From: an uncultured Acidobacteriaceae bacterium
Lineage (GTDB): Bacteria > Acidobacteriota > Terriglobia > Terriglobales > Acidobacteriaceae
Direction: 5' to 3'
Assembly: GCA_964252655.1 (NCBI GenBank)
Contig: CAXUNR010000001.1
Location: 151,863 to 215,862 of the forward strand
Length of the DNA stretch: 64,000 nt
Positions 17,706 through 27,682 of the stretch are shown piece after piece; the first letter of the stretch is position 1; each line of letters starts with the position of its first letter. A model generated the notes under the pieces. The model was not told the DNA's origin. It ran no database searches and saw nothing but the letters and a program-made list of their open reading frames with translations. The position numbers and the translations under genes were made by a program.

Positions 17706-19148
17706 ATGGCTACCAAAGGACCTATTCACGATCCTTCCGTCGACCCGATGATCGACCCCTATACCGGGGAGTATGCGGTCATTGCTCCCGGTCACAGCTT
17801 CAAATCGGTAACGCAGAAGATCGCCGGCGTGGTGCTGACCTCGAACACGCCGCTCGGCTGGTTTGCCGGGCTGACGTTCGGGGCGGGGATTGCTACGGGT
17901 GTGGTGATTGGGATCACCTGGCTCTTTCTGAAGGGCGTGGGCATTTGGGGTGTGACGATCCCGGGTGCCTGGGGTTTCGCGATCATTAACTTCGTTTGGT
18001 GGATCGGAATTGGCCACGCCGGTACGCTGATCTCAGCCATCCTGTTGCTCTTCAAGCAGACCTGGCGCAACTCGATCAACCGCTTTGCGGAGGCGATGAC
18101 GATCTTCGCGGTCGTTTGTGCGGGAACCTTCCCACTGATTCACGTTGGCCGTCCGTGGCTCGCGTACTGGTTGTTTCCGTATCCCAACACGATGAATCTC
18201 TGGCCGCAGTTCCGCAGTCCGCTGGCCTGGGACGTGTTTGCGGTCTCGACCTACGCGACGATCTCAATCGTGTTTTGGTACATCGGCATGATTCCGGACT
18301 TCGGCACTTTGCGGGACCGCGCGACGATGCCGCTTGCCAAGTATTTTTATGGCCTGCTGTCGCTTGGTTGGCGTGGGTCGACGCGCCACTGGATTCGCTA
18401 CGAGTCCGCTTCCCTGCTGCTTGCCGGGCTTTCGACGCCTCTGGTGCTTTCGGTACACACGGTCATCAGCTTCGACTTTGCGGTTGCCGCGTTGGCTGGC
18501 TGGCACACTACCATCTTCCCGCCATACTTTGTTGCAGGCGCGGTGTACTCGGGGTTCGCGATGGTGCTGACACTGGCCATCCCCATCCGCAAGATCTACC
18601 ATATGGAGGATCTCGTCACCCTGCGGCATTTGGATAACATGGCCAAGGTAATGCTAGCCACCGGCTCAATCGTTGCTTACGGCTACGGCATGGAAGTTTT
18701 CATGAGCTGGTTCTCGGCCAGCCACTGGGAATTCTTTATGATGTGGAACCGCATGTTTGGACCCATGGGCTGGGCCTACTGGATTCTGATCCTGACCAAC
18801 ATTGCCATCCCTTTGACCTCCCTATGGAGCCGCAAGCTGCGGGTCAACGTGGTGTACCTCTTCATCCTGTCGTTGATTATCAATACCGGCATGTGGTTTG
18901 AGCGCTTTGTGATCGTGGTTACCTCACTTTACCGCGACTATCTTCCCTCCAGTTGGGGTACGTACCGCGCAACCAAGTGGGATTACATGATCTACGTCGG
19001 AACGATGGGTCTCTTCACGGTGCTGTTCTTTCTTTTTGTGCGCTTCCTTCCCATGATTCCGATGTCTGAGATCCGCACCATGCTTCCGCAGACAAAGATC
19101 AAGCATAGCGGCGACGTGGCTGAAACCACGATCAATGAGGTGGTCTAA
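17706..19148 (+). CDS. actC: Alternative complex III subunit ActC (NrfD/PsrC-like quinol-interacting membrane subunit)
   Basis: 480 aa and polytopic, NrfD-like (WGFAIINFVWWIGIGHAGTLISA). The start codon directly abuts the actB stop. Confidence 0.9.
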   Translation: MATKGPIHDPSVDPMIDPYTGEYAVIAPGHSFKSVTQKIAGVVLTSNTPLGWFAGLTFGAGIATGVVIGITWLFLKGVGIWGVTIPGAWGFAIINFVWWIGIGHAGTLISAILLLFKQTWRNSINRFAEAMTIFAVVCAGTFPLIHVGRPWLAYWLFPYPNTMNLWPQFRSPLAWDVFAVSTYATISIVFWYIGMIPDFGTLRDRATMPLAKYFYGLLSLGWRGSTRHWIRYESASLLLAGLSTPLVLSVHTVISFDFAVAALAGWHTTIFPPYFVAGAVYSGFAMVLTLAIPIRKIYHMEDLVTLRHLDNMAKVMLATGSIVAYGYGMEVFMSWFSASHWEFFMMWNRMFGPMGWAYWILILTNIAIPLTSLWSRKLRVNVVYLFILSLIINTGMWFERFVIVVTSLYRDYLPSSWGTYRATKWDYMIYVGTMGLFTVLFFLFVRFLPMIPMSEIRTMLPQTKIKHSGDVAETTINEVV

Positions 19149-19693
19149 TGGCGGTTCCTCGCGAAGGTGTTTATGGATTGTTGGCTGAGTTTAACACGCC
19201 CGGTGAGCTGGTAGTAGCAACGCAGGCTGCACACAAAGCGGGCTATCGTCGGATGGAGTGTTACACGCCATACCCGGTCGAAGAGGCTGCGGACGCGCTG
19301 CACTTCCACAAGACGCGGGTTCCGCTCATGTGCCTGCTGGGCGGGATCATGGGCGTGACCACTGCCTTCTTGATGCAGACCTGGATCAATGTCTGGGGCT
19401 ATCCATTGAACATTGCAGGACGTCCGCTCTGGAGTTGGCCGGCATTTATTATCCCGGCTTACGAATGGACGATTCTCTTCGCTGGACTCTCTGCGGCCTT
19501 CGGGATGATTGCGCTGAATGGACTTCCACAGACGTATCATCCTGTGTTCAACGCACCTAACTTTCGTAACGGGGCAACGACCGATAAATTTTTTCTCTGT
19601 TTAGAGGCGTATGACCCAAAGTTTTCGCTGGGCGAGTCCCGAAGATTCCTCGAGCAGTTCCCCGCGGTCTCCGTGGTTGAGGTAGATAACTAA
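19148..19693 (+). CDS. actD: Alternative complex III subunit ActD (DUF3341)
   Basis: 181 aa. GLLAEFNTPGELVVATQAAHKAGYRRMECYTPYPV is the DUF3341 signature. TAATG overlap with actC. Confidence 0.85.
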   Translation: MAVPREGVYGLLAEFNTPGELVVATQAAHKAGYRRMECYTPYPVEEAADALHFHKTRVPLMCLLGGIMGVTTAFLMQTWINVWGYPLNIAGRPLWSWPAFIIPAYEWTILFAGLSAAFGMIALNGLPQTYHPVFNAPNFRNGATTDKFFLCLEAYDPKFSLGESRRFLEQFPAVSVVEVDN

Positions 19694-20511
19694 TGAAGTC
19701 AGCAACATACATGCATCCGCAAGCTGGCCGTTGGGTCTCGATATCTTTGCTGATCGGAACCGGCTTACTCTCTGGTTGCCGCCAGGACATGCACAACCAG
19801 CCAAAATTCTATCCGCAGCGCGGCTCGACTTTCTATGCCGACGGCCGTTCAGTGCGTCCGCAGGTCGAGAACACGGTGGCGCGTGGGCAGCTGCACGAAG
19901 ACAGCTACTTCTATACCGGTATGCAGAATGGCGTTGAGGGAACGACGATGCCGTTTCCCGTAAGCATGGACGTCTTGGCCCGTGGGCAGGAGAAGTACAA
20001 CGTATTTTGTACGCCTTGTCACTCGCGAGTGGGAAACGGCGTCGGCATGATCGTGCAGCGCGGCTATGCGCGCGCGGGTAACTTTCATACGGCACGTCTG
20101 AACGCGGCACCTTTAGGACACTTCTACAGTGTGATCGCCAATGGGTACGGTGCCATGCCGGACTACTCGGCACAGCTGACACCCGCGGAGCGTTGGTCCG
20201 TGGTGGCGTATATCAAGGCGTTGCAGTTGAGCCAAAACGCCAAGGACGGAGATATTGCGTCCGGCCAGCATGTACAGCCGTTAGGGGAGATCGCGACCAG
20301 CGAAGGCTTGTCTCCGAGCTTCCTTGCCGATTGGCTTCTTCCTCCGACGGCAGTCTCCGGTACGCCTTCAGGAGAGCTGTACGTGATACCTCCAGACAAT
20401 ATCGGGAAAGCGGCCGCGCATATTGTGACTCCAAGCCACCGCGACGGTGGCCCGACCCCAGCGCAAGCCAGCACCGGCTATCCGTCGCCACCGTACGAGC
20501 AGGGCAAATAA
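19693..20511 (+). CDS. actE: Alternative complex III subunit ActE (lipoprotein monoheme cytochrome c)
   Basis: Lipobox LLSGC and a single CTPCH heme motif. TAATG overlap with actD. Confidence 0.85.
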   Translation: MKSATYMHPQAGRWVSISLLIGTGLLSGCRQDMHNQPKFYPQRGSTFYADGRSVRPQVENTVARGQLHEDSYFYTGMQNGVEGTTMPFPVSMDVLARGQEKYNVFCTPCHSRVGNGVGMIVQRGYARAGNFHTARLNAAPLGHFYSVIANGYGAMPDYSAQLTPAERWSVVAYIKALQLSQNAKDGDIASGQHVQPLGEIATSEGLSPSFLADWLLPPTAVSGTPSGELYVIPPDNIGKAAAHIVTPSHRDGGPTPAQASTGYPSPPYEQGK

Positions 20512-20576
20512 GCAAGCGGGCAACCAAGGTAATCCAAGGCAGCGCATAACTCTGATTCTATGAAGGCTTGACATCC

Positions 20577-21899
20577 ATGTCCTCCACACTGGCACAACCC
20601 GAAGCTCACTTCCATCACGGGTCACGCACCCTGCCGGCCGACCTCCGCTCGATTCCGACCCTTACGGCGTGGCGGATGCGGGCACTGGTCGTCTTCGTTA
20701 TTTCGTCGCTCTTGTCGCTGATTTTTCTTATTCCACCCGGCGGCAAGACGCATATGCTGCGCGCGTATCTGCTCGGCTTTATGGCTTGCTTTTCGTTTGC
20801 CGGCGGCGGCCTGGTGATGCTGATGTTGCAGTACGTCTCCGGCGGTAAGTGGGGCATGCTGCTGCGTCGGCCGTTTGAGGCAATGTCGCGCACCTTGCCG
20901 TTGGTCGCACTGATGATTCTTCCAGTAGGCCTCTTCGCCAAGCGGTTGTATCAGTGGTGGTCTTATCCAAATGCTGCGGCTACGGCGGACGCGTTCTCCA
21001 GGGGCTTGATGACCAAAGAGCAGCAGCTCACGGCCAACCTGAAGCATACGATGTTCAATCCAATAAGCGCCGTGATTCAGACTGTGATCGTCTTCGGCGT
21101 GCTGATCTTCTTGGCATCTTTGCTGAGCAAGTGGTCGTTACAGCAGGACGCCGATCCGCAACGGGGAACGCCGGCCAGCTACGACCGGTGGCGTACACGC
21201 TTTGAAAATCTCTCCGGGCCAAGCATCCTGCTTTACGTGATCCTATTGACGGACGGCGCCTTACTTTGGATTATGTCGCTCGATGTGACCTGGTACAGCT
21301 CCATTTGGGGGCTGCAGTTCCTAGTTGGACAGGGGTTTGCGGTCCTTGCGCTTGGCATCTTGACGGTGATCAAGCTTTCTGGGGTTGAGCCGATGCGCAC
21401 CTTGTTGCGCACCACCGAGCAACACGACTTGGGTAAGTTTGCCTTCGCGTTCGTCATGTTGAATATCTATCTTTCGTTTGCGGAGTTTCTGATCATCTGG
21501 TCAGGCAATGTTCCGGACGAAATCCCCTGGTATTTGGCGCGTACACGGGGAGGCTGGTGGTATGTCTGTGTGGCGGACTTTGTTTGCCACTGGCTCATCC
21601 CATTCTGCCTGCTGCTCTCTCGAGATCTGAAACGGGACAAGCGGCGGCTCTCCGCGCTGGCTATTTTTATGATCTTTGCCCGCTGCCTGGACCTGTTCTG
21701 GTTGATTGAACCTAATTTTAAAGATTCCGCTAGTAACCTCATTGGAGAAAATTGGGGCATCTTTGCCTATACCACTGTGCCACTCGCCGTATTGTCGTTG
21801 TGGGCGGCGTACTACCTTACCCAGTTGATGGCACGTCCGTTAGTTGCCCTCAACGACCCTCACCTGAGGGAGATCCTGGAGGCCGAGCATGCCGGCTAA
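20577..21899 (+). CDS. actF: Alternative complex III subunit ActF (second NrfD-like membrane subunit)
   Basis: About 440 aa and polytopic, in the position after actE. ATG at 20577, with an alternative TTG at 20568. Confidence 0.8.
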   Translation: MSSTLAQPEAHFHHGSRTLPADLRSIPTLTAWRMRALVVFVISSLLSLIFLIPPGGKTHMLRAYLLGFMACFSFAGGGLVMLMLQYVSGGKWGMLLRRPFEAMSRTLPLVALMILPVGLFAKRLYQWWSYPNAAATADAFSRGLMTKEQQLTANLKHTMFNPISAVIQTVIVFGVLIFLASLLSKWSLQQDADPQRGTPASYDRWRTRFENLSGPSILLYVILLTDGALLWIMSLDVTWYSSIWGLQFLVGQGFAVLALGILTVIKLSGVEPMRTLLRTTEQHDLGKFAFAFVMLNIYLSFAEFLIIWSGNVPDEIPWYLARTRGGWWYVCVADFVCHWLIPFCLLLSRDLKRDKRRLSALAIFMIFARCLDLFWLIEPNFKDSASNLIGENWGIFAYTTVPLAVLSLWAAYYLTQLMARPLVALNDPHLREILEAEHAG

Positions 21900-22626
21900 G
21901 ACACCAAAGAGCAATGAAGGCAATTACAAGGCACCAAGCGGCGATATTGTGGATTACCCGAAGTCCGGTCCGGGCAGCGTTGAAGTGGGCTATGAGACGA
22001 CGGACGTAAATGCGGGGGGAATTGTCGTCTTTGTTGGTGGACTTTTTTCCTTTGTGATTGTGTTTTTCTTTTTCTGTTTTTTCATGGGTCGAGTCATCAA
22101 CGAGGCGATTCAGAAGCAGGACGGACCGGCCGATCGCTGGCACCAGACGAAGTCCATGTTTGCCGGAGCCAAGGACGTCAAAGTAGGCGGCAAGGAAGAG
22201 CGTGGAAAGCGCGAAGACCTGAAGAGTAACGCGGTGATTGTGCAGCAAGAGCTGCAGACCATGACAACCTCGTTCCCTGGGCCGCGTTTGCAGACCGATG
22301 ACGGCAATCAGGATACGGCGGACCTGCACGCGCGCGAGGATCTGCTGCTTGATCACTACAGCCGGTCCCCAGGAGAGCAGGGCATCCGCATTCCAATTGA
22401 CCGCGCGATGCAGCTGGTCACGGAGCGTGGGTTGCCTGTAGCAACTGGCGCACAGCCGAGCCAGTTGCTGGCCGATGATGCAGAGCCGGCCGTGACTGCA
22501 CCGCTTACCAGTGGTTTTGCCCGTACCGGATACGAACTTGACATGATTGAAGCGCGTCAGCAAAGAATGGCTTTCGGTAGAGCCACATCCGAGCATGCGG
22601 AGTTGAAGCCTGTGAAGCGCCCCTGA
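21889..22626 (+). CDS. Hypothetical single-pass membrane protein between actF and SCO
   Basis: 245 aa with one TM (GGIVVFVGGLFSFVIVFFFFCFFMG) followed by a soluble region of about 180 aa. It overlaps the actF stop by 11 nt. I recognise no family. Confidence 0.6.
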   Translation: MPAKTPKSNEGNYKAPSGDIVDYPKSGPGSVEVGYETTDVNAGGIVVFVGGLFSFVIVFFFFCFFMGRVINEAIQKQDGPADRWHQTKSMFAGAKDVKVGGKEERGKREDLKSNAVIVQQELQTMTTSFPGPRLQTDDGNQDTADLHAREDLLLDHYSRSPGEQGIRIPIDRAMQLVTERGLPVATGAQPSQLLADDAEPAVTAPLTSGFARTGYELDMIEARQQRMAFGRATSEHAELKPVKRP

Positions 22627-22676
22627 TCCGGTCCTCTCGCAAGGGGGCTGGAAAGGAATAGCATTGTTCTAGAGGA

Positions 22677-23618
22677 ATGAACGATATGAGCAGACAGCCA
22701 ACAATCCGACGGAGCTTTAGCATGCGGGCGGCACACGCTGCAGTGCTTGTCGGATTGCTTTTGGGCGGGTGGCTGGCAGCTCCTGACCTGCCCGCCCAGG
22801 TCTCAGGCTACGGCGACAAGCAGCAGGGGGATAGTCGCGGAGATGAGCTGCCGACTGTGTTGAAGGGCGTCGCCGTCACGCAGCACTTGGATCAGCAGCT
22901 TGCGCTGAACGCTGAGTTCGTCGATGAGACGGGAGCAGCGGTCAAGTTGGGTGATTATTTCGGTAAAAAGCCGGCACTGCTTTCGTTGGTTTACTTCAAC
23001 TGCACAATGCTTTGCTCGGAGGAGCTGGACGGAGTCACCAGTTCGCTCGAGATGGTGAAGCTTAATCCTGGCAAGGACTTCAATGTCCTAATTGTTAGTA
23101 TTGATCCTGCGGATACACCGGAACTAGCTGCAAAGAAGAAGGCGTTTTATGTAAAACGGTATGGCCGTCCGGAGACGGCTGTCGGCTGGCATTTTCTCAC
23201 AGGCAAGAAATCCGCCATCGATGCTGTAACTAGTGCGGTTGGTTTTGGGTATGTCAAGGTAGCTGGCCCGGATGGAACGTTGTCGCAGTTTGCGCACGCG
23301 AGTTCGCTTGAAGTAGTTACGACGTCGGGGCAGATCGCGCAGTATTACATGGGTGTGGAGTATTCGCCGAAAGATGTGCTGCTTGGGCTGATCGAGGCCT
23401 CAGGCAACAAAATAGGTTCTCCTGTCGCTAACATTTTGACGTATTGCTACCACTACGATCCACAGACGAATAAGCACTCGCTCATTGTGGCCCGAGTGGT
23501 CCAGATGGGCGGAATGATTACGATGGCAGGGTTGGGTGGTTTTATGTTTTTGATGTTTCGCCGGGACATCAAGCTAGGTCGTGCGCACGATCTGACGGGC
23601 GAGAGGGATAAAGGGTAA
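22677..23618 (+). CDS. SCO1/SenC-family copper chaperone with an extra C-terminal TM anchor
   Basis: Thioredoxin-like CxxxC (YFNCTMLCSEE) and a downstream conserved His (FAHAS). There is an N-terminal signal/anchor and a C-terminal TM (MGGMITMAGLGGFMFLMF). Confidence 0.8.
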   Translation: MNDMSRQPTIRRSFSMRAAHAAVLVGLLLGGWLAAPDLPAQVSGYGDKQQGDSRGDELPTVLKGVAVTQHLDQQLALNAEFVDETGAAVKLGDYFGKKPALLSLVYFNCTMLCSEELDGVTSSLEMVKLNPGKDFNVLIVSIDPADTPELAAKKKAFYVKRYGRPETAVGWHFLTGKKSAIDAVTSAVGFGYVKVAGPDGTLSQFAHASSLEVVTTSGQIAQYYMGVEYSPKDVLLGLIEASGNKIGSPVANILTYCYHYDPQTNKHSLIVARVVQMGGMITMAGLGGFMFLMFRRDIKLGRAHDLTGERDKG

Positions 23619-23620
23619 CG

Positions 23621-24667
23621 ATGGATAGGTTTATCAGTCCAGTTTTATGGCAGTTCCTGACGAAGTGGTTGGCGTCCTCGGCTTTGTTTCCGCGCGAGGC
23701 CTCCACCATGGCGCCTTGGGCCGACGCCTTGTATTTCTTCCTGGTTGGCATGACATTGACTGGTCTTCTGCTTGTCGGTGTCCTGGTCTTTGGGTTTTCG
23801 ATCCGCTATCGCAAATCACGCAGTCCAGTTGCCACCCAGGTAGAGGGTTCTACCCTGCTTGAAGCGACGTGGACGATCATTCCGCTTGCCATCTTTCTAG
23901 TGACGTTCGTCTGGGGTGCGCTGCTTTATTTCCGTATTTACAATCCACCAGTCAACTCCATGAACATCTATGTCGTAGGCAAGCAATGGATGTGGAAAGC
24001 GGAGCATCCGGGCGGTCAGCACGAGATCAATGCGCTGCACGTTCCAGTAGGCCGTCCAGTGCAGTTGACCATGATCTCTCAGGATGTATTTCATAGTTTT
24101 TCGATTCCCGACTTCCGCGTAAAGCGGGAGGTGATCCCAGGCCGTTACTCGACCGTGTGGTTTCAAGCAACAACGCCGGGTACATACCACATTTTTTGTA
24201 CGCAGTATTGCGGCACGAAACACTCCGGGATGATCGGTGAGGTCACGGCTCTGACTCCGGAGGACTACCAGCGCTGGACCCAACAATCGACCAGTGGTGA
24301 ATCCTTAGCGCAGAATGGCGAGCGGCTCTTTGCAAGTATGGCCTGCAATCAATGCCACAACGGTAACGCGGAGGCTCGAGGCCCAAATCTTGCAGGGGTG
24401 TATGGGTCCAAGCTGAACTTGGCTAATGGGTCGCAGGTCTTAGTAAATGATGCATTTCTTCGCGATTCAATTTTGAATCCGTCTCAACATGTGACGGCAG
24501 GCTACGCGCCAATTATGCCGACCTACCAAGGACAGATCAGCGAAGACGGATTGATTGACCTGGTTGAATATATTAAGAATCTGAGCAGCAACTACCGTGT
24601 TCAGCAAACCCTGGGTACACAACAGTCGGACCTTACGGCGCCGGTCGCGCCGGGGATGGGGAAGTAA
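23621..24667 (+). CDS. coxB: Cytochrome c oxidase subunit II, caa3 type (CuA domain plus C-terminal cytochrome c)
   Basis: CuA ligands HSFSIPDF...CTQYCGTKHSGM. C-terminal heme motif CNQCH. Confidence 0.9.
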   Translation: MDRFISPVLWQFLTKWLASSALFPREASTMAPWADALYFFLVGMTLTGLLLVGVLVFGFSIRYRKSRSPVATQVEGSTLLEATWTIIPLAIFLVTFVWGALLYFRIYNPPVNSMNIYVVGKQWMWKAEHPGGQHEINALHVPVGRPVQLTMISQDVFHSFSIPDFRVKREVIPGRYSTVWFQATTPGTYHIFCTQYCGTKHSGMIGEVTALTPEDYQRWTQQSTSGESLAQNGERLFASMACNQCHNGNAEARGPNLAGVYGSKLNLANGSQVLVNDAFLRDSILNPSQHVTAGYAPIMPTYQGQISEDGLIDLVEYIKNLSSNYRVQQTLGTQQSDLTAPVAPGMGK

Positions 24668-26341
24668 ATGAGCGCAGCGAACGCAACGATCGTCAATCTT
24701 CCAGACCAGCGGACGGCAACCCTGCCTCGTCGCAACTATATCAACAATGAGCATGGACTCCTGAGCTGGCTGCTGACGGGAGACCATAAACGCATTGCGA
24801 TGCTATACCTCATTTCGATTACCTTCTTTTTCTTTATAGGAGGTGCATTTGCGGGCATGATTCGTCTTGAGCTGCTGACGCCCCAGCCGGACCTAGTAGC
24901 GTCCGACACTTATAACAAGTTCTTTACTATGCACGGCATTATTATGATTTTTCTGTTCCTGATACCCTCGGTACCGGCGACCTTGGGGAACTTTTTGATT
25001 CCGATTATGATTGGCGCAAAAGATCTAGCTTTCCCGAAGCTGAACCTGTTGAGTTGGTATCTCTATATGACTGGCGGCCTGCTTACGCTGGCGGCACTGG
25101 TGCTAGGTGGAGTTGATACAGGCTGGACGTTCACCACGCCGCTCTCGACACACTATTTAAACACCCATGTAGTCACGGCGGCAACGGCTATTTTTATTGC
25201 CGGATTTAGCTCTATCTTTACTGGCCTGAATTTCATCGTGACTATTCACCGTATGCGCGCACCTGGCATGACGTGGTTCCGCCTGCCGCTGTTCGTCTGG
25301 TCGAACTATGCAGCGTCGGTGCTGATGGTATTGGGCACTCCGGTACTGGCAATTGCATTGGTGCTGGTTGGCTTGGAACGGCTAATTGGCATTGGCGTTT
25401 TCGATCCGAGCAAGGGAGGCGATCCTCTTTTATTTCAGCACTTGTTCTGGTTTTATTCGCACCCCGCGGTTTACATCATGATTTTGCCAGGGTTCGGTGT
25501 TATTTCGGAGGTTATATCGACGTTTAGCCGCAAGCGTGTATTTGGCTACACGGCAGTCGCTTTTTCCTCAGTCGCGATCGCAGTCTTCGGATTCTTTGTT
25601 TGGGCGCACCATATGTTCATCATGGGTGTGTCGAACTACTCTGCGCTGATTTTCTCATTGCTGACGATGCTGGTAGCAGTTCCATCAGCTATTAAGATCT
25701 TCAACTGGTCGTTTACGCTGCAGAAGGGTTCGATCACTTTTGAGACCCCAATGCTTTATGCATTTGGCTTCATAGGGCTGTTCACGATTGGTGGGTTAAC
25801 TGGTATTTTTCTCGGTTCGCTCGGCATGGATATTCACTTGACCGAGACGTATTTCATTGTGGCCCATTTTCACTTTGTGATGGTTGGTGGAATGCTGATG
25901 GCCTTTCTCGCGGGCATCCATTTCTGGTGGCCAAAGATGACCGGACGGATGTATCCAGAGGCAGTTTCAAAGCTAGCTGCAGTGGTTACGTTTATTGGCT
26001 TCAACTTGACGTTTCTTCCGCAGTTCATCTTGGGTTATCTCGGCATGCCACGCCGCTATCACGCGTATCCTCCCGAATTCCAGGTACTTAATGTGTTGTC
26101 CACTGCAGGCGCTACGGTACTCGGTGTTGGATACATGTTGCCTCTGCTTTACTTGGGATGGTCGCTGAAGTATGGTGCGATTGCAGGGAACAATCCATGG
26201 CAGGCAACAGGACTTGAGTGGCAGCTGCAGTCTCCGCCATTGACGGAGAATTTTACTGAGGTTCCGATCGTGGACCACGAGGCTTATGATTACGAGTGGT
26301 TGGCTAACAAGACCGCAAACGAGGTAACGACCGTTGGCTAA
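24668..26341 (+). CDS. coxA: Cytochrome c oxidase subunit I
   Basis: 557 aa with heme-copper oxidase motifs ([29 protein letters not shown]). The start abuts the coxB stop (TAAATG). Confidence 0.95.
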   Translation: MSAANATIVNLPDQRTATLPRRNYINNEHGLLSWLLTGDHKRIAMLYLISITFFFFIGGAFAGMIRLELLTPQPDLVASDTYNKFFTMHGIIMIFLFLIPSVPATLGNFLIPIMIGAKDLAFPKLNLLSWYLYMTGGLLTLAALVLGGVDTGWTFTTPLSTHYLNTHVVTAATAIFIAGFSSIFTGLNFIVTIHRMRAPGMTWFRLPLFVWSNYAASVLMVLGTPVLAIALVLVGLERLIGIGVFDPSKGGDPLLFQHLFWFYSHPAVYIMILPGFGVISEVISTFSRKRVFGYTAVAFSSVAIAVFGFFVWAHHMFIMGVSNYSALIFSLLTMLVAVPSAIKIFNWSFTLQKGSITFETPMLYAFGFIGLFTIGGLTGIFLGSLGMDIHLTETYFIVAHFHFVMVGGMLMAFLAGIHFWWPKMTGRMYPEAVSKLAAVVTFIGFNLTFLPQFILGYLGMPRRYHAYPPEFQVLNVLSTAGATVLGVGYMLPLLYLGWSLKYGAIAGNNPWQATGLEWQLQSPPLTENFTEVPIVDHEAYDYEWLANKTANEVTTVG

Positions 26342-27098
26342 TACGATTAGCGTACCTGAGCATGGGCCAGTAGATACAGCGCATGATGTCTACGACCACA
26401 TTGCGATCCCACAACATCGTCATCACTTCGAGACAGAGGAGCAGCAACGCGAGGCTGGAAGCTTCGGTATGTGGCTGTTTCTCCTAACAGAGATCATGTT
26501 CTTCGGTGGGATGTTCTTTGCTTATCTTCTGTACCGCAACTGGTATTACGATGCTTTCGTTTCTGCCTCAAACCAACTCAGTGTGCCCTTAGGTACAGTC
26601 AATACAATCATTCTGATCACCTCGGGCTTCTTCATGGCATTAGCCGTATACTATGCTGAAGTTCGCAACCGCAGGCTGTTGGTAGGCTGTTTAGCAATAA
26701 CCACGCTGCTCGGGCTGGCTTTTTTAGGCATAAAGGGTGTGGAATACCACGAGAAGTGGGAGATGCACCACATTCCCGGGGCGGAGTTTAACGCTTCACA
26801 GTTCATCAATCCAGGGGATTATCACCTAGCTGAAAAACCGCTAGCACCAGACATGGCACAGATGACCCAGGTCTTTTTCTTCCTGTACTTTGCCATGACC
26901 GGCATGCACGCCGTACATATGATCATTGGTATTGGGATTTTGTTTTGGTTTATGTGGCGAGCACAGCGAGGTGAATTTACCGCAGGGTATGTAGCACCCA
27001 TCGAGAACTTTGCGCTTTACTGGCACTTTGTAGACATTGTCTGGCTTTTCCTATTTCCGTTGCTCTACCTGATCAATCGTCATCCTTTAGCGCACTGA
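26334..27098 (+). CDS. coxC: Cytochrome c oxidase subunit III
   Basis: [32 protein letters not shown] is the subunit III signature. The only canonical in-frame start upstream of this conserved segment is the TTG at 26334, which overlaps the coxA stop. Confidence 0.85.
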   Translation: MANTISVPEHGPVDTAHDVYDHIAIPQHRHHFETEEQQREAGSFGMWLFLLTEIMFFGGMFFAYLLYRNWYYDAFVSASNQLSVPLGTVNTIILITSGFFMALAVYYAEVRNRRLLVGCLAITTLLGLAFLGIKGVEYHEKWEMHHIPGAEFNASQFINPGDYHLAEKPLAPDMAQMTQVFFFLYFAMTGMHAVHMIIGIGILFWFMWRAQRGEFTAGYVAPIENFALYWHFVDIVWLFLFPLLYLINRHPLAH

Positions 27099-27129
27099 GC
27101 GCGTACGTATTTGTCTCGAGGAGTTACTG

Positions 27130-27465
27130 GTGTCTGATAAGAACGATGCTTACAATGTTACGAATCCCGAACACTCCGAGGCCCACATTGTCACGCCAAT
27201 CCAGTACACCTATGTGTATGCGACGCTACTGATTGGTACGATTTTGACGGTTTTGGCCGCTAAGGTAGAGCTTGGAGTTTTCAATCCCATCGTAGCTTTA
27301 GCTATCGCCTGCTTTAAGGCAACGGTGGTGATTTTATTTTTTATGCACGTGAAGTACCAGTCCCGGCTGATTAAGGTGACGGTTGCTGCTGGCTTCTTCA
27401 CGTTCATTGTTCTTATTACGATGACCCTCTCGGATTACGTAAGTCGGGCATGGGGACTCTGGTAG
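27130..27465 (+). CDS. Cytochrome c oxidase subunit IV (small caa3-type subunit)
   Basis: 111 aa with three TM helices and FFMHVKY, typical of the prokaryotic subunit IV family. GTG start with GAGGAG upstream. Confidence 0.8.
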   Translation: MSDKNDAYNVTNPEHSEAHIVTPIQYTYVYATLLIGTILTVLAAKVELGVFNPIVALAIACFKATVVILFFMHVKYQSRLIKVTVAAGFFTFIVLITMTLSDYVSRAWGLW

Positions 27466-27682
27466 CGATCTTCTCTCTACAGAGCTGACTTTGAACTGTA
27501 ATTAGGCTCGATTCCCGCATGAGGGACCCAAGCCTTTCTCGGTGGACCAGGTTTTATCAGGGTGCCCGTGACATGCTCGATTCAGTAAGAGTTGTCCTTC
27601 TGTGTCTTCTCTGTTGTTACTGCCGAAGAGCATGCATATGACCGTGATGGCTTTCGACACTTTGCACTAAACTTCAGAAGAG

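Noticed and set aside
27519-27641. 40-aa ORF downstream of the oxidase genes, MRDPSLSRWTRFYQGARDMLDSVRVVLLCLLCCYCRRACI, with a striking Cys-rich hydrophobic tail.
   Set aside because: It has no SD. Third-position G/C is only about half, unlike real genes here, and no family is recognised. It is kept only as a note.
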